From IMG/VR virus record IMGVR_UViG_3300024324_000019: a stretch of 64,000 bases of DNA; one strand, written 5' to 3'. This stretch comes from an uncultured virus (IMG/VR IMGVR_UViG_3300024324_000019) (taxonomy: Duplodnaviria; Heunggongvirae; Uroviricota; Caudoviricetes). Below, one piece after another: positions 28,352 to 37,276 of the stretch. The notes under the pieces were generated by a model. It saw only the letters and a program-made list of their open reading frames with translations, had not been told where the DNA came from and made no database searches. The stretch's first letter is position 1. Every line of letters begins with the position of its first letter. A program made the translations under genes and the position numbers.

Positions 28352-28926
28352 GCCCAGAAGAAGCCCTGGTTACCTTTCAAGCGGTGAAACTTCATTTCAC
28401 AACAAGTTATGATTATTTCAAGTATCATGGCAAGACCAAGGCTGGTGACCTTGAGACGAAAAAGGACAAATGGAATTATGTCAAGTTATCTCGTAATCAT
28501 GGTGATCATCTTATTGATTACCTGGTAGCCAATTTTAGTTCTCGCCCTGGCATCAAGTGGTCTGGTGACCTCGTTGGTCCTGCGGCTGAAGAAGCCTATA
28601 CTCAATGGCAAAAACGAATTGAGTCGATGGGCTATTTGTTCAAGCAAGAGGTGACAGACCTTTTCGAATCGACTGGCGTTTATAGCGAGTTGTTTGAGGG
28701 TGCGGAGCCGCTTGCATTCAAAGCATATCAACAAGGTTCGCTATCACTTGAGACCCTTATTATTCTTGACCACTGTGCCTCGTTCATGACCCGTTGGGAT
28801 GAATCAATGGATGACTACGTTTGGCCCGATATCAAAAAGACCATCGAAAAGTACCGACCATTTCTATCGGTAGAGAAACCCAAGTATATGAAAATAATTC
28901 GTGAGATACTTGTAGAAAACAACTAA
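28336..28926 (+). CDS. 59: Helicase loader gp59 (start probably 28348)
   Basis: AVKLHFT..YDYFKY.GK, VANF, W.KRI.S..Y.F, SLETLIILD; sits before gene 32. Confidence 0.9.
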   Translation: MENSMSPEEALVTFQAVKLHFTTSYDYFKYHGKTKAGDLETKKDKWNYVKLSRNHGDHLIDYLVANFSSRPGIKWSGDLVGPAAEEAYTQWQKRIESMGYLFKQEVTDLFESTGVYSELFEGAEPLAFKAYQQGSLSLETLIILDHCASFMTRWDESMDDYVWPDIKKTIEKYRPFLSVEKPKYMKIIREILVENN

Positions 28927-28934
28927 ATAAAGTG

Positions 28935-28963
28935 TTGACATAACGAAGTATTCATGTTATGAT
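28935..28963 (+). promoter_or_regulatory. sigma70-type promoter of gene 32
   Basis: TTGACA-17-TATGAT. Confidence 0.75.
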
Positions 28964-29025
28964 CAATAATAGTAAAAGCGTACCAAAGCGAAATAAGCGT
29001 ATAAATCGAAAACAGCGAAAAGGAA

Positions 29026-29946
29026 ATGATAATGTCATTTGCAGCAATGAAGAAGAACCGTAAGAAATCTCTTGCGGATACTATCGAACAAGCCAAGAAG
29101 TTCGATTCAAAAGGCTCCTCAAATAAAGACGACCGTATGTGGCAACCAACTGTTGATAAAGCAGGTAATGGTGCCGCAGTGATTCGGTTCCTGCCTAAGT
29201 CTGAGGGCGAAGTAGCACCATGGGTACAATTGTTCTCTCACGGTTTCAAAGGACCAGGCGGTTGGTTCATTGATAATTGCCTTACAACCATCGGCAAAGA
29301 TTGCCCGGTTTGTGAAGCCAACGGTGTTCTATGGAACAGCGACATTCCCGCCAACAGGTCTATCGTAAGTGGTACCGAGGGTAGCCCCGGCCGTAAGCGT
29401 AAGATGAACTACATGAGTAACATTTATGTGGTCAAAGATCCTGGCAATCCCGATAACGAAGGCAAAGTCTTTCTTTACAAGTATGGTAAAAAGATTTTTG
29501 ACAAACTCAATGATATGATGTATCCAGAGTTTGACGACGAGGAAGCCATCGATCCATTTAACTTGTGGACTGGTGCTGACTTCAAAATGAAGATTCGTAA
29601 AGTTGAAGGTTGGAGAAATTTCGACAAGTCAACATTTGCCAAGGCTGCGGCTTTGAGTGAAGACGATGACGCATTGGAGGCTATCTACAACAGCCAACAT
29701 TCTCTCGCAGAATTTGTTGCGCCTGAAAACTACAAATCCTTTGATGAGCAAAAGACTCGCATGGATAAGGTTCTTGGTAATGTTGCTGGTGTTGCACCGG
29801 CTCCTGCACAAGAAGCCCAGGAGGAAGATCTCCCTTGGGCGAAAGAAGAAACGTCTGCGCCTACAGCCGAGGCAGACTCACTGGCAGAATCCAGTGCCGA
29901 TGATGATGATATGTCCTTTTTCAAGGGCTTGGCGGCTGACGATTGA
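29026..29946 (+). CDS. 32: Single-stranded DNA-binding protein gp32
   Basis: DKAGNG.AVIRFLP, H.F.GPGGW.I.NC.TT.G..CPVC, YGKKIFDK, acidic tail. Confidence 0.96.
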   Translation: MIMSFAAMKKNRKKSLADTIEQAKKFDSKGSSNKDDRMWQPTVDKAGNGAAVIRFLPKSEGEVAPWVQLFSHGFKGPGGWFIDNCLTTIGKDCPVCEANGVLWNSDIPANRSIVSGTEGSPGRKRKMNYMSNIYVVKDPGNPDNEGKVFLYKYGKKIFDKLNDMMYPEFDDEEAIDPFNLWTGADFKMKIRKVEGWRNFDKSTFAKAAALSEDDDALEAIYNSQHSLAEFVAPENYKSFDEQKTRMDKVLGNVAGVAPAPAQEAQEEDLPWAKEETSAPTAEADSLAESSADDDDMSFFKGLAADD

Positions 29947-29972
29947 TTGTTAGGGTTTTCAATCGAACTAAG

Positions 29973-29998
29973 GGGCACCCTTCGGGGTGCCCTTTTTT
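29973..29998 (+). terminator. Rho-independent terminator with C(UUCG)G loop
   Basis: GGGCACCC-TTCG-GGGTGCCC-TTTTTT between convergent genes. Confidence 0.92.
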
Positions 29999-29999
29999 A

Positions 30000-31958
30000 T
30001 TACCATTTGTGATGATTGACTCTACCGATTGATGATTCACCCGAATCAATAGTGGTGTTGGTCATTGTGTAATTCGATGTTTGAGCGGCCACGGTGCTAG
30101 ACTTGGAACTTACGGGTGCGGAGACAATCACATTGGCAGCGGCACTTGATGCGGCTGCACGATTATCATTAGAAGTCTGGTTGATCGTTTTCCCTTGAGC
30201 CGTGGCATTTGGTGCCATCTGGGCACTTGCCGTACTCATTTTGGGTAGAAGACTACCTTCTGGGGTTGATGAAGTTGCTGCTTCACTTTCAGCGATTTTG
30301 GCTGCTTTTACTGAAGCCCGTACCACACCTTTAGCTTTATCTTCTTTGGCACGCTTTGCGTCAATTCTCTGTCTGGCTACCTCGAATACCTTTTCGTCGT
30401 GTGCTTTGTCTTCCTTATTTTTACCAAAGAATTCTCTGGACTTCTTGGCTAGGAAACTGTCGCCCGTTATGAAATCAGATGGGTCGAAGGTCTTTATCAT
30501 TTCAACAATGCCAAAGATCATATCTTCCACAAAGCGGAAGAATCCGGTTACCATATCATCCATGAGGTCAGCGAAAGAGAAACTATCAAGGGATTTTTCG
30601 GCTTCTTCAAATCCCATTTTGCCAGCGATCCATGAAACAAGAGATTTCACCAGGTCAAGTGGTAAAGCAATAAGTCCCTGAAGGAGTTTGATGAGCCCTT
30701 GTTTGATGCCTTCAGACGCACCACCCTTTTCGTAACCGTCTATAAATCCAGTGACAGAATCCCATATGCCCATGACGATGGTCAATGGCCATGCAAGTTT
30801 ACCAAGAACAGCGCCGAAAGTTTTGAACCAAGCGGTGACTTTGGAAAATGTTTTTGCCCATGCGCCTACCTCTGTGGCGATGGTTTTACCCCACGCCATA
30901 GCGGTCTTGAATGGTTTGACTATCTTAGCAAGTATGCTTGTCAGACCCTTTGATTCTTCACCAACAGCAAAGAATGATTTCAGTGGTGCAAATAGTTTTT
31001 CAAGTGGCGCAGCAAGAGATTTGATATCAGTACCAATCTGGATGAAATATTTACCGATACCACTTTCAGCCAACGCAGTCTTCACAGCGGTGATGCCCGT
31101 TGTTATTGAGGTTTTCGCGCTTGTGATAAGTTCTGCAATGGCGGTCCCGAAAGCACTCTCTTTCATTCCTGTTGCAAATGCTTTTGCTGTGGTTGATATC
31201 GAGGTGAAAAATGTCTTGACGCTGGTTTTGATGGCTGTAAGAGATTCAGCAATAGCGATACCGAATTTACTTTCTTTCAGTCCGGCACCCCACAACTTGA
31301 CACTTTCTAAGACAGAGGTAAACGCCAACAGAACATTGGCTTTCATGCCTTTGAATATTGGTAACATCTTGGCCCATAGAACGTCAGCCTTGAAAAATGC
31401 TGCTATGCTATTGAGAATACTTTTTGTTGATCTGATAAATCCACCAATGAAGCCCTGAACAAATGCAAGGGCTGCGAGGGCTAATGCACCCAACATTGAT
31501 TTTGGATCTTTAAGGGATGGGCCAGGACCAGCTTTTTCAACACCACTCTTGGCTGCTCTTTGAGCCTCTAATTCTTTTTCACGGGCAGCTAATTTAGCCA
31601 TTCCTGTCTTAGCAGGTGAGCCACCGTCTTTCTTTTTTCCACCAAGGATATCGGCTATGTCTAACAGAACATCCTTGATCTCGGTAAAGATACCCTTCTT
31701 GGGGTCTGTCACATTTACATTTACTTGCTCGACATTTTCGGCCAATTCATCGACAGCCTCGGTCGTTCCTTCTGGTCCAGGCTTTCTACCACCTGTCAAT
31801 GCACCAATACCGGCGCCTATACCTTTGCCAGCGAGTCCAGCCGCGCCCATTGCAAGAGGAGACTTACCGCCTGTTGCTGCCATTGTGGCTGCTAATAGTC
31901 CAATAGATATACCAGACGACGCTTTATCGCCTGCTTCCTGAAGTGTAGGTAGTGCCAT
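30000..31958 (-). CDS. Tape-measure/baseplate hub protein (gp29-like)
   Basis: Long Ala/Gly/Lys-rich helical protein downstream of gp26/gp51. Confidence 0.7.
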   Translation of the reverse strand: MALPTLQEAGDKASSGISIGLLAATMAATGGKSPLAMGAAGLAGKGIGAGIGALTGGRKPGPEGTTEAVDELAENVEQVNVNVTDPKKGIFTEIKDVLLDIADILGGKKKDGGSPAKTGMAKLAAREKELEAQRAAKSGVEKAGPGPSLKDPKSMLGALALAALAFVQGFIGGFIRSTKSILNSIAAFFKADVLWAKMLPIFKGMKANVLLAFTSVLESVKLWGAGLKESKFGIAIAESLTAIKTSVKTFFTSISTTAKAFATGMKESAFGTAIAELITSAKTSITTGITAVKTALAESGIGKYFIQIGTDIKSLAAPLEKLFAPLKSFFAVGEESKGLTSILAKIVKPFKTAMAWGKTIATEVGAWAKTFSKVTAWFKTFGAVLGKLAWPLTIVMGIWDSVTGFIDGYEKGGASEGIKQGLIKLLQGLIALPLDLVKSLVSWIAGKMGFEEAEKSLDSFSFADLMDDMVTGFFRFVEDMIFGIVEMIKTFDPSDFITGDSFLAKKSREFFGKNKEDKAHDEKVFEVARQRIDAKRAKEDKAKGVVRASVKAAKIAESEAATSSTPEGSLLPKMSTASAQMAPNATAQGKTINQTSNDNRAAASSAAANVIVSAPVSSKSSTVAAQTSNYTMTNTTIDSGESSIGRVNHHKW

Positions 31959-31996
31959 TATTTCTTACCAGCCCATGTTGTGAAACTATTGATTTT

Positions 31997-32004
31997 TATA
32001 AATA
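31997..32004 (+). promoter_or_regulatory. T4-type late promoter
   Basis: TATAAATA upstream of endonuclease. Confidence 0.65.
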
Positions 32005-32033
32005 CTTGCATATATCAAGTCCAAGGGGTTTTC

Positions 32034-32612
32034 ATGTTACACTATATTTATAAGATAACCAACACAACAAATAATAAAGAATATATCGGCAGAAGATCAA
32101 CCGCGAATTCTTCATCACCTGTGAGTGATAATCGTTACATGGGGTCTGGTATAGCCATCAAACAAGCGATAAAAAAATACGGAAAAGAGAATTTCCTAAA
32201 AGAAATCATTTCAATTCATATTGATAGAAAAAGCCTTGTTGAAGAAGAACAGAGAATAGTTGACCAAGAATATGTGGATAACCCAAACACTTATAATATG
32301 AGACTAGGTGGCCCAGGAGCCCTTGCTGGAAAAGACAACCATTTCTATGGTAAGAAACATACACCAGAAAATATTGAAATAATGAGAAAGAAAAAGGAAA
32401 ATTATGTACCATGGAGTAAGGGTAAAAAACTAGGTCCTATGGACGCCGCTGGTAAAAAAACCAGGCAATTATCTTCACCCAAAAGTAAATCTATAACTAT
32501 TGATGGCATTGTTTACGTTAGTATGAATGCCGCATCGAAGTCAATAGGTAAAAAGGTAAAGAATTACACCATAGAAAAATTACGCAAAGAAGGTTTTATT
32601 ATTTCCCTTTAA
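32034..32612 (+). CDS. GIY-YIG (Seg-like) homing endonuclease with NUMOD3
   Basis: YIYKITN..N.K.YIG, YMGSG, KYGKENF, YN...GG, FYGKKHT.E; AT-rich, antisense to neighbours. Confidence 0.9.
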   Translation: MLHYIYKITNTTNNKEYIGRRSTANSSSPVSDNRYMGSGIAIKQAIKKYGKENFLKEIISIHIDRKSLVEEEQRIVDQEYVDNPNTYNMRLGGPGALAGKDNHFYGKKHTPENIEIMRKKKENYVPWSKGKKLGPMDAAGKKTRQLSSPKSKSITIDGIVYVSMNAASKSIGKKVKNYTIEKLRKEGFIISL

Positions 32613-32850
32613 CATGGGCATATACACTGGCTCCCATGTAAGCACCAATGACTGTAGCCATAGACATATAGAACCAAGTCACAACGTCACTCAATTTATC
32701 TAATCGTTCTATAGGGACAGCAAACATCATTAATCCAGTCACTATAAGAATGGAAATTAATGACACCCAGGCCATTCTTCTTTTATTTTTATTCTTTATC
32801 ACGGTAGATTTTTCATCATTATCTGTCGGTGTTTTTTCAGTGTCAGTCAT
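32599..32850 (-). CDS. Small two-TM membrane protein
   Basis: RRMAW, two hydrophobic helices, GAYMG. Confidence 0.7.
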   Translation of the reverse strand: MTDTEKTPTDNDEKSTVIKNKNKRRMAWVSLISILIVTGLMMFAVPIERLDKLSDVVTWFYMSMATVIGAYMGASVYAHVKGK

Positions 32851-32858
32851 ACAACTAT

Positions 32859-33041
32859 TTATGATTTTTTGTTGTGCCGTTCCGCTTCTTCTTCAAGAAA
32901 ATTCATAAGCATTTGCACATATATCTGCCTCTCAAACGGTATCATCCCTTCCAATTCCGTCAAAGAGTATTTGTGGTGCTGCATCATTGCGAAATTGGTC
33001 TGATAGTGGTTTATCAGATTGTCGTGCGAGAGGCTTATGTA
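32859..33041 (-). CDS. 51: Baseplate hub assembly protein gp51-like (not in ORF track; probably reached by -1 frameshift)
   Basis: YISLSHDNLINHYQTNFAMMQHHKYSLTELEGMIPFERQIY; first ATG at 32987 has no RBS. Confidence 0.8.
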   Translation of the reverse strand, partial: YISLSHDNLINHYQTNFAMMQHHKYSLTELEGMIPFERQIYVQMLMNFLEEEAERHNKKS

Positions 33042-33754
33042 AAAAACCCTGCAAGTCCTTCAAGGTCGATCTCTGTTTCCATTTTACATCCACCACATGA
33101 GTATTTGATGGTGTGCCGGACCTTGGGCATTGTTTCAAAGAATTTCTGAATCTTTTCGAATTGCATGTTGGACATAGTTTCTAACCAGTCAGACATTTCA
33201 GCCTCATCAAATTCGAATGGAGTTTCACCCTGGAACACACTTTCAACACATGCTGAAATAAGCGAAAAGAGTGAATCAACCTCTGACTTTTTCTTCTGGG
33301 CGTTTTCAACTTCTTTCATGGTCGGGTATTTCATGACCATGATGATATCACCACCCAAGTCAATCTTCTTGGTATGACCTTCTAGTGGTGTGCATAGGAT
33401 TTCGTTCACATTGACAACCACGTTTTGAACATGCTTGCATTCTATGCCCATATCATTCTTGCCATCGGTGTGTTGGTACTGAAGTTCTATCTCCTCGCCC
33501 ACGGATTTGCCACGGATATGAAGAAAGATGTATTCGATATCGAATGATGGTAGAGTCTCGGTATCTATTGGGGAAAGGACGCAATCACGAATGATGTTCT
33601 TAACAGCCCGGGTAATTTCACCCTCGTCTTCACCCTCTCTGGCGATAAGAAGGTTCTTTTCTTCTTTCACTAGGAACGGGCGGTATTCAATGGTGTTGCC
33701 TGTCGATGGTTGTGTCAATTCAAATGTTGGGGTAGTAAGTAATGGTAATGCCAT
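33035..33754 (-). CDS. 26: Baseplate hub assembly chaperone gp26
   Basis: MALP...P, YRPFLVKEEK.LL, FDIEYIFL.IR.KSVGE, MKYP, FF.TMP, LEGL..FF. Confidence 0.92.
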   Translation of the reverse strand: MALPLLTTPTFELTQPSTGNTIEYRPFLVKEEKNLLIAREGEDEGEITRAVKNIIRDCVLSPIDTETLPSFDIEYIFLHIRGKSVGEEIELQYQHTDGKNDMGIECKHVQNVVVNVNEILCTPLEGHTKKIDLGGDIIMVMKYPTMKEVENAQKKKSEVDSLFSLISACVESVFQGETPFEFDEAEMSDWLETMSNMQFEKIQKFFETMPKVRHTIKYSCGGCKMETEIDLEGLAGFFT

Positions 33755-33769
33755 AATAATTCCTTGTCA

Positions 33770-34501
33770 TTAACTAAAAATGTTTCGCCCTATGCTTGGT
33801 AGTTTGCCTGCTGCGCCAAGCCCTTGTACCAGTCTAGGAGGTAGTTTTGCAGATACAACGCCAGCAAGGGCGCCGAGAGTAGCCGAATTTCTGCGGAACC
33901 AGTTGCTGTGGTCAGCACCAGTTTTAAGTTGTGAGTCAGCCCAGTTCATAGAGGTCCACCAGCGATAGGTCATTGTGACGTTCAATCGGTGAATATCGTT
34001 ACTGCTTCGATCCAAAGCAATGGGTGCTACTGTGGTTGGGAATGCGTCGAACAGTCTAACACTGTAGGTTATTTTACCCGTTGTGTCGTATTGGTGAATA
34101 TCAACCGTAGTCGAATAGTCTTTGAAGTAGCCGACGTTATATGATGAGCCTGCGAATTGCTGACTACCAACTATTGACCGCGCCCAATCATCAAAGAATA
34201 CCTTCTCTCGCATATTGGATGAAACCAAAAACGAAAAGCTGGTATCTGTATACATGCCGGCATAGGCCATCTTTTGTAGTGGACCATAGATTTTCTGCTC
34301 GGCTGTTGCTATCTGAATACCAGGAAGTTCGGCTGTTTCACAGCGGAGTGATAAGTTTCGGGCAAAGCCTCTTGCATCGAATCTTTGAATACGTCTGGTG
34401 TTGGTGATATCTTGCAAGTTTATCTCAACATCAAAATGAGATTTCTTAGCCACACCACCTGTGTTGACTGAACCAACGAATTCGTTTATGTCGAAAGCCA
34501 T
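33770..34501 (-). CDS. Baseplate/tail-tube initiator (gp54-like)
   Basis: C..AELPG, FFD.W, Y..DY, L.DAFP, V...YR.W; start at 34501 by TAATG coupling. Confidence 0.75.
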   Translation of the reverse strand: MAFDINEFVGSVNTGGVAKKSHFDVEINLQDITNTRRIQRFDARGFARNLSLRCETAELPGIQIATAEQKIYGPLQKMAYAGMYTDTSFSFLVSSNMREKVFFDDWARSIVGSQQFAGSSYNVGYFKDYSTTVDIHQYDTTGKITYSVRLFDAFPTTVAPIALDRSSNDIHRLNVTMTYRWWTSMNWADSQLKTGADHSNWFRRNSATLGALAGVVSAKLPPRLVQGLGAAGKLPSIGRNIFS

Positions 34502-35088
34502 TATACCATTTTCCTTGAGTCTGACCATACTGTGCGCCTGTTGGCCCCACCGAAATTCTGCACATTGAGAAACAAAGCAATATCCCATTCAGACGGCGCG
34601 ATATACAAAAATCTGCTTCTTACGTGTGGTGTTAGGTAGTGATGAACCGTGGGGAGGAACCACTTGAATCTGGACGCACCATTCAATACATCATATGATA
34701 ATCTCAATTTTGTCGATTCATCATAACGGTCATTATTAGCCGTTTCGTAAAGGGCGTCCATAAGGATGGCTCTTTGACGATAGGGTAGATAATGTAGGTT
34801 CATTCCTAGAAATCCACCTGGGGCTTTAGCGAAAGGAAAGATCAATGGGAACCTATCAAAATATGGCAGGGTTTTCTTGTGTTTTGCGTCGTATTGGAAT
34901 AGGTACATATTGCCCATGGCAACCCGTGTGCGGAGTCTGTCTCTTGTTGCCTCACGCATAAGTTTGGTATCAGACACACCTGTGGTTTTTGCTTTGTTTC
35001 TGAACCAGTCCCGCGACTGTTGGTTACGTGCTGGCATCTTACCAGACCGAACACCCTTCAGCAAAATCTCGTCAAATATGTAGGCGAT
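34501..35088 (-). CDS. 2: DNA end protector gp2 (apparent ATC start)
   Basis: Y.F.YD.KHK..LPY.D.FPL, G.NLHYL, W..A; RBS points to ATC at 35088. Confidence 0.88.
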   Translation of the reverse strand: MAYIFDEILLKGVRSGKMPARNQQSRDWFRNKAKTTGVSDTKLMREATRDRLRTRVAMGNMYLFQYDAKHKKTLPYFDRFPLIFPFAKAPGGFLGMNLHYLPYRQRAILMDALYETANNDRYDESTKLRLSYDVLNGASRFKWFLPTVHHYLTPHVRSRFLYIAPSEWDIALFLNVQNFGGANRRTVWSDSRKMV

Positions 35089-35112
35089 AGTTTTATTCCT
35101 TTTCCTGTCTTC

Positions 35113-35120
35113 TATTTATA
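35113..35120 (-). promoter_or_regulatory. T4-type late promoter
   Basis: TATAAATA on minus strand upstream of gene 2. Confidence 0.75.
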
Positions 35121-35147
35121 CATATACTCATGGCGTGTGCTGTTCGA

Positions 35148-35222
35148 TTTATATGTACCATTATAAGGGTACATATAGCGATGATCTGCGTTTATATGTA
35201 CCATTATAAGGGTACATATAGC
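35148..35222. repeat. Two identical 32-bp palindromic units separated by 11 bp
   Basis: TTTATATGTACCATTATAAGGGTACATATAGC at 35148-35179 and 35191-35222. Confidence 0.95.
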
Positions 35223-35223
35223 A

Positions 35224-35673
35224 TCATATAAATCTGGTATTTCGTTCATGCATGATTACGAATTCCCAACCATGGTCTTCACAATATTCAACAGCGGCTT
35301 TCCATTTAGCCTCATTGACTGCGTAGGTTTTGACCTCGTTTAGGTACCTACTCGTCTTGCGCTTGCCCTTCTTAGGAGCCATCGTTTGATCGTACGGCTT
35401 TACCTCGACCATTATCATCTTGGTCGAACCATTTGCTTGTCTTGCTTTGATGATAAAATCGGGGAAGTATCTATGCACCTTCTTGTCAACAGGAGAAAAA
35501 TACCGTACGGCTAACTCCTCTGATGCCCATTGAAGTACATCGATCCTCTCGTCAAATTGTTTCATCACCTGGCGTTCCCAGCCCGATCTGAAAACGATAT
35601 TGTCGGGATTACCAACGTATTTGTTCGGGTTCTTGGGTCTAAATTTACCCTTGTGTGTTTTTCCATAAGCCAT
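35224..35673 (-). CDS. 4: Head completion nuclease gp4 (TnsA-like fold)
   Basis: P.NP.KY.G, RS.WE, W.SEE, HRYFPDF, EVKP, N.AKW.AA. Confidence 0.93.
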   Translation of the reverse strand: MAYGKTHKGKFRPKNPNKYVGNPDNIVFRSGWERQVMKQFDERIDVLQWASEELAVRYFSPVDKKVHRYFPDFIIKARQANGSTKMIMVEVKPYDQTMAPKKGKRKTSRYLNEVKTYAVNEAKWKAAVEYCEDHGWEFVIMHERNTRFI

Positions 35674-35682
35674 GCGTATATG

Positions 35683-35690
35683 TATAAATA
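35683..35690 (+). promoter_or_regulatory. T4-type late promoter
   Basis: TATAAATA at start of baseplate operon. Confidence 0.8.
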
Positions 35691-35717
35691 GTTATGAAAG
35701 AACCCTAAGGAATAAAA

Positions 35718-36704
35718 ATGTCTATATCACCTTCAGCCAATGCCAGTAACCCACTTGAAAAACTTGAAGCCGAAGCGGGTATTAAACCCAACGTCAAGTT
35801 TCCTCTCAATTCCGATGATTACGGTAATGACAATCATGGTCTAATATTTCGCGTCCTTAAATATGACAAGGCTAATAGAAAAGTTTCGTCAACAGCCCCT
35901 ACGGTAGCCACTATCAGATTGCCTGTTCCTGCAAACGTAACCGCTGCTTATAATGCAAGCCATGGTGATGTAGAATTGGGTACTATCGCTAACCATATGA
36001 TAGATGACCCAGCGATTGGTAATGCACTTGAGCAAGCCCTTGCTGGTGAGGGTGGTGGTGCATTAGAATCATTGGTCAAAACGGATATCGCAGGCGCACT
36101 GAAGGGTTCTATGCCCAGACTGGTATCGAATATCGTTCAATCATTGGGTGATGCTGTGGGTATCAAAGCCCATGAGGCTGCTTCTATTTCAAAGGGTATG
36201 GCTGTAAATCCACACCTTGCTTCACTATTCCAGGGTGTTGGCTTCAGAACGCATTCATTCTCTTATGATTTCATTGCCAAGACACCACAAGAGTCCAAAG
36301 CATTGAAGGATATCATCTACATTTGCAAGTACGCTATGCACCCAGGATTGGCTCATGGCGGAAATACATTCACATTCCCTTACCAATGGGGTCTGCAATT
36401 CTCTGACAACATTCGCCCATACCTATACGACTTCACCAATTGCGTGATGACAGGGTTCTCTGCTTCCTTTAATGGTCAGGGCATACCGACATTCTTTGAG
36501 AGAACAAACGCACCTGTGAACGTCAAGATTGAAATGTCATTCAAAGAGATCGAAATCATTACACGCGAGAAAATAATGAGTGAAAGCCAGGCTCAGGGGT
36601 TGGTCTATACTTCAGAGCAGGTGGAGGAAGCGTTTCAAAAAGATAACGCTAAATCTATTGGTCGCCAACTTGCTGTAAATGAAAGAACAAATACGAGGTT
36701 CTAA
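35718..36704 (+). CDS. 48: Baseplate tail-tube cap gp48-like
   Basis: I.LP.P, NP....LFQGV.FR.HSF...F......ES, M.F.E.E. Confidence 0.8.
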   Translation: MSISPSANASNPLEKLEAEAGIKPNVKFPLNSDDYGNDNHGLIFRVLKYDKANRKVSSTAPTVATIRLPVPANVTAAYNASHGDVELGTIANHMIDDPAIGNALEQALAGEGGGALESLVKTDIAGALKGSMPRLVSNIVQSLGDAVGIKAHEAASISKGMAVNPHLASLFQGVGFRTHSFSYDFIAKTPQESKALKDIIYICKYAMHPGLAHGGNTFTFPYQWGLQFSDNIRPYLYDFTNCVMTGFSASFNGQGIPTFFERTNAPVNVKIEMSFKEIEIITREKIMSESQAQGLVYTSEQVEEAFQKDNAKSIGRQLAVNERTNTRF

Positions 36705-37276
36705 TGTCAAATTATTTTTCAATCTTTCCTAAAGCGACCTATGATATCAGTGGCAACACCGTTACTAAAGAGGCGACCGATATCCTTCGTAGGTTCATTG
36801 TGCGACTCGTCGTTGACAAACGTGTAACGGAAATCTACCAGTACAACATCAAGGATGGTGATAGACCAGACATTATCGCCCATAAGTACTACGGTAGCTC
36901 TGACTATGATTGGGTGATCATGATGTTAAACAACATTTATGACGTAAATTATGACTGGCCACTGTCACAACAGAACTTTATCAAATTTTTGATATCAAAA
37001 TATGGTTCGATTGCTCTTGCTAAGTCAGGAGTACACCATTATGAACAGATTATCCAACAAGAAAGTTGGAACGCTCTAGGTACCCATATCCCCGAAATCG
37101 TGGTCACTGTGGACCTTGCGACCTACACCGCATTGATAGCAACAGACAGAAAATCAATTTCATCATACGACTATGAACTGGCCCTAAATGACAGCAAGCG
37201 CATTATCAACATCCTGGACGTAAAGTACCTTGATGAGATAGTTGATAAAGCCGCAGCGGTGTTCGCTGATGCCTGA
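36704..37276 (+). CDS. 53: Baseplate wedge protein gp53
   Basis: YFS.FP...Y, IKDGDRPD.IA.KYYG....DWVI...N, YE...ND.KR.I. Confidence 0.92.
   Translation: MSNYFSIFPKATYDISGNTVTKEATDILRRFIVRLVVDKRVTEIYQYNIKDGDRPDIIAHKYYGSSDYDWVIMMLNNIYDVNYDWPLSQQNFIKFLISKYGSIALAKSGVHHYEQIIQQESWNALGTHIPEIVVTVDLATYTALIATDRKSISSYDYELALNDSKRIINILDVKYLDEIVDKAAAVFADA

Noticed and set aside
30202..31941. Long plus-strand ORFs opposite the tape-measure gene, and similar antisense ORFs opposite structural genes
   Set aside because: Shadow ORFs from codon bias; no RBS or motifs
32932..33138. 68-aa minus-strand ORF as gp51
   Set aside because: Wrong frame (+1 relative to gp26); the gp51-like sequence is in the -1 frame
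35148..35222. Mini CRISPR array
   Set aside because: Only two repeats with an 11-bp spacer, too short for a guide; no cas genes in the window
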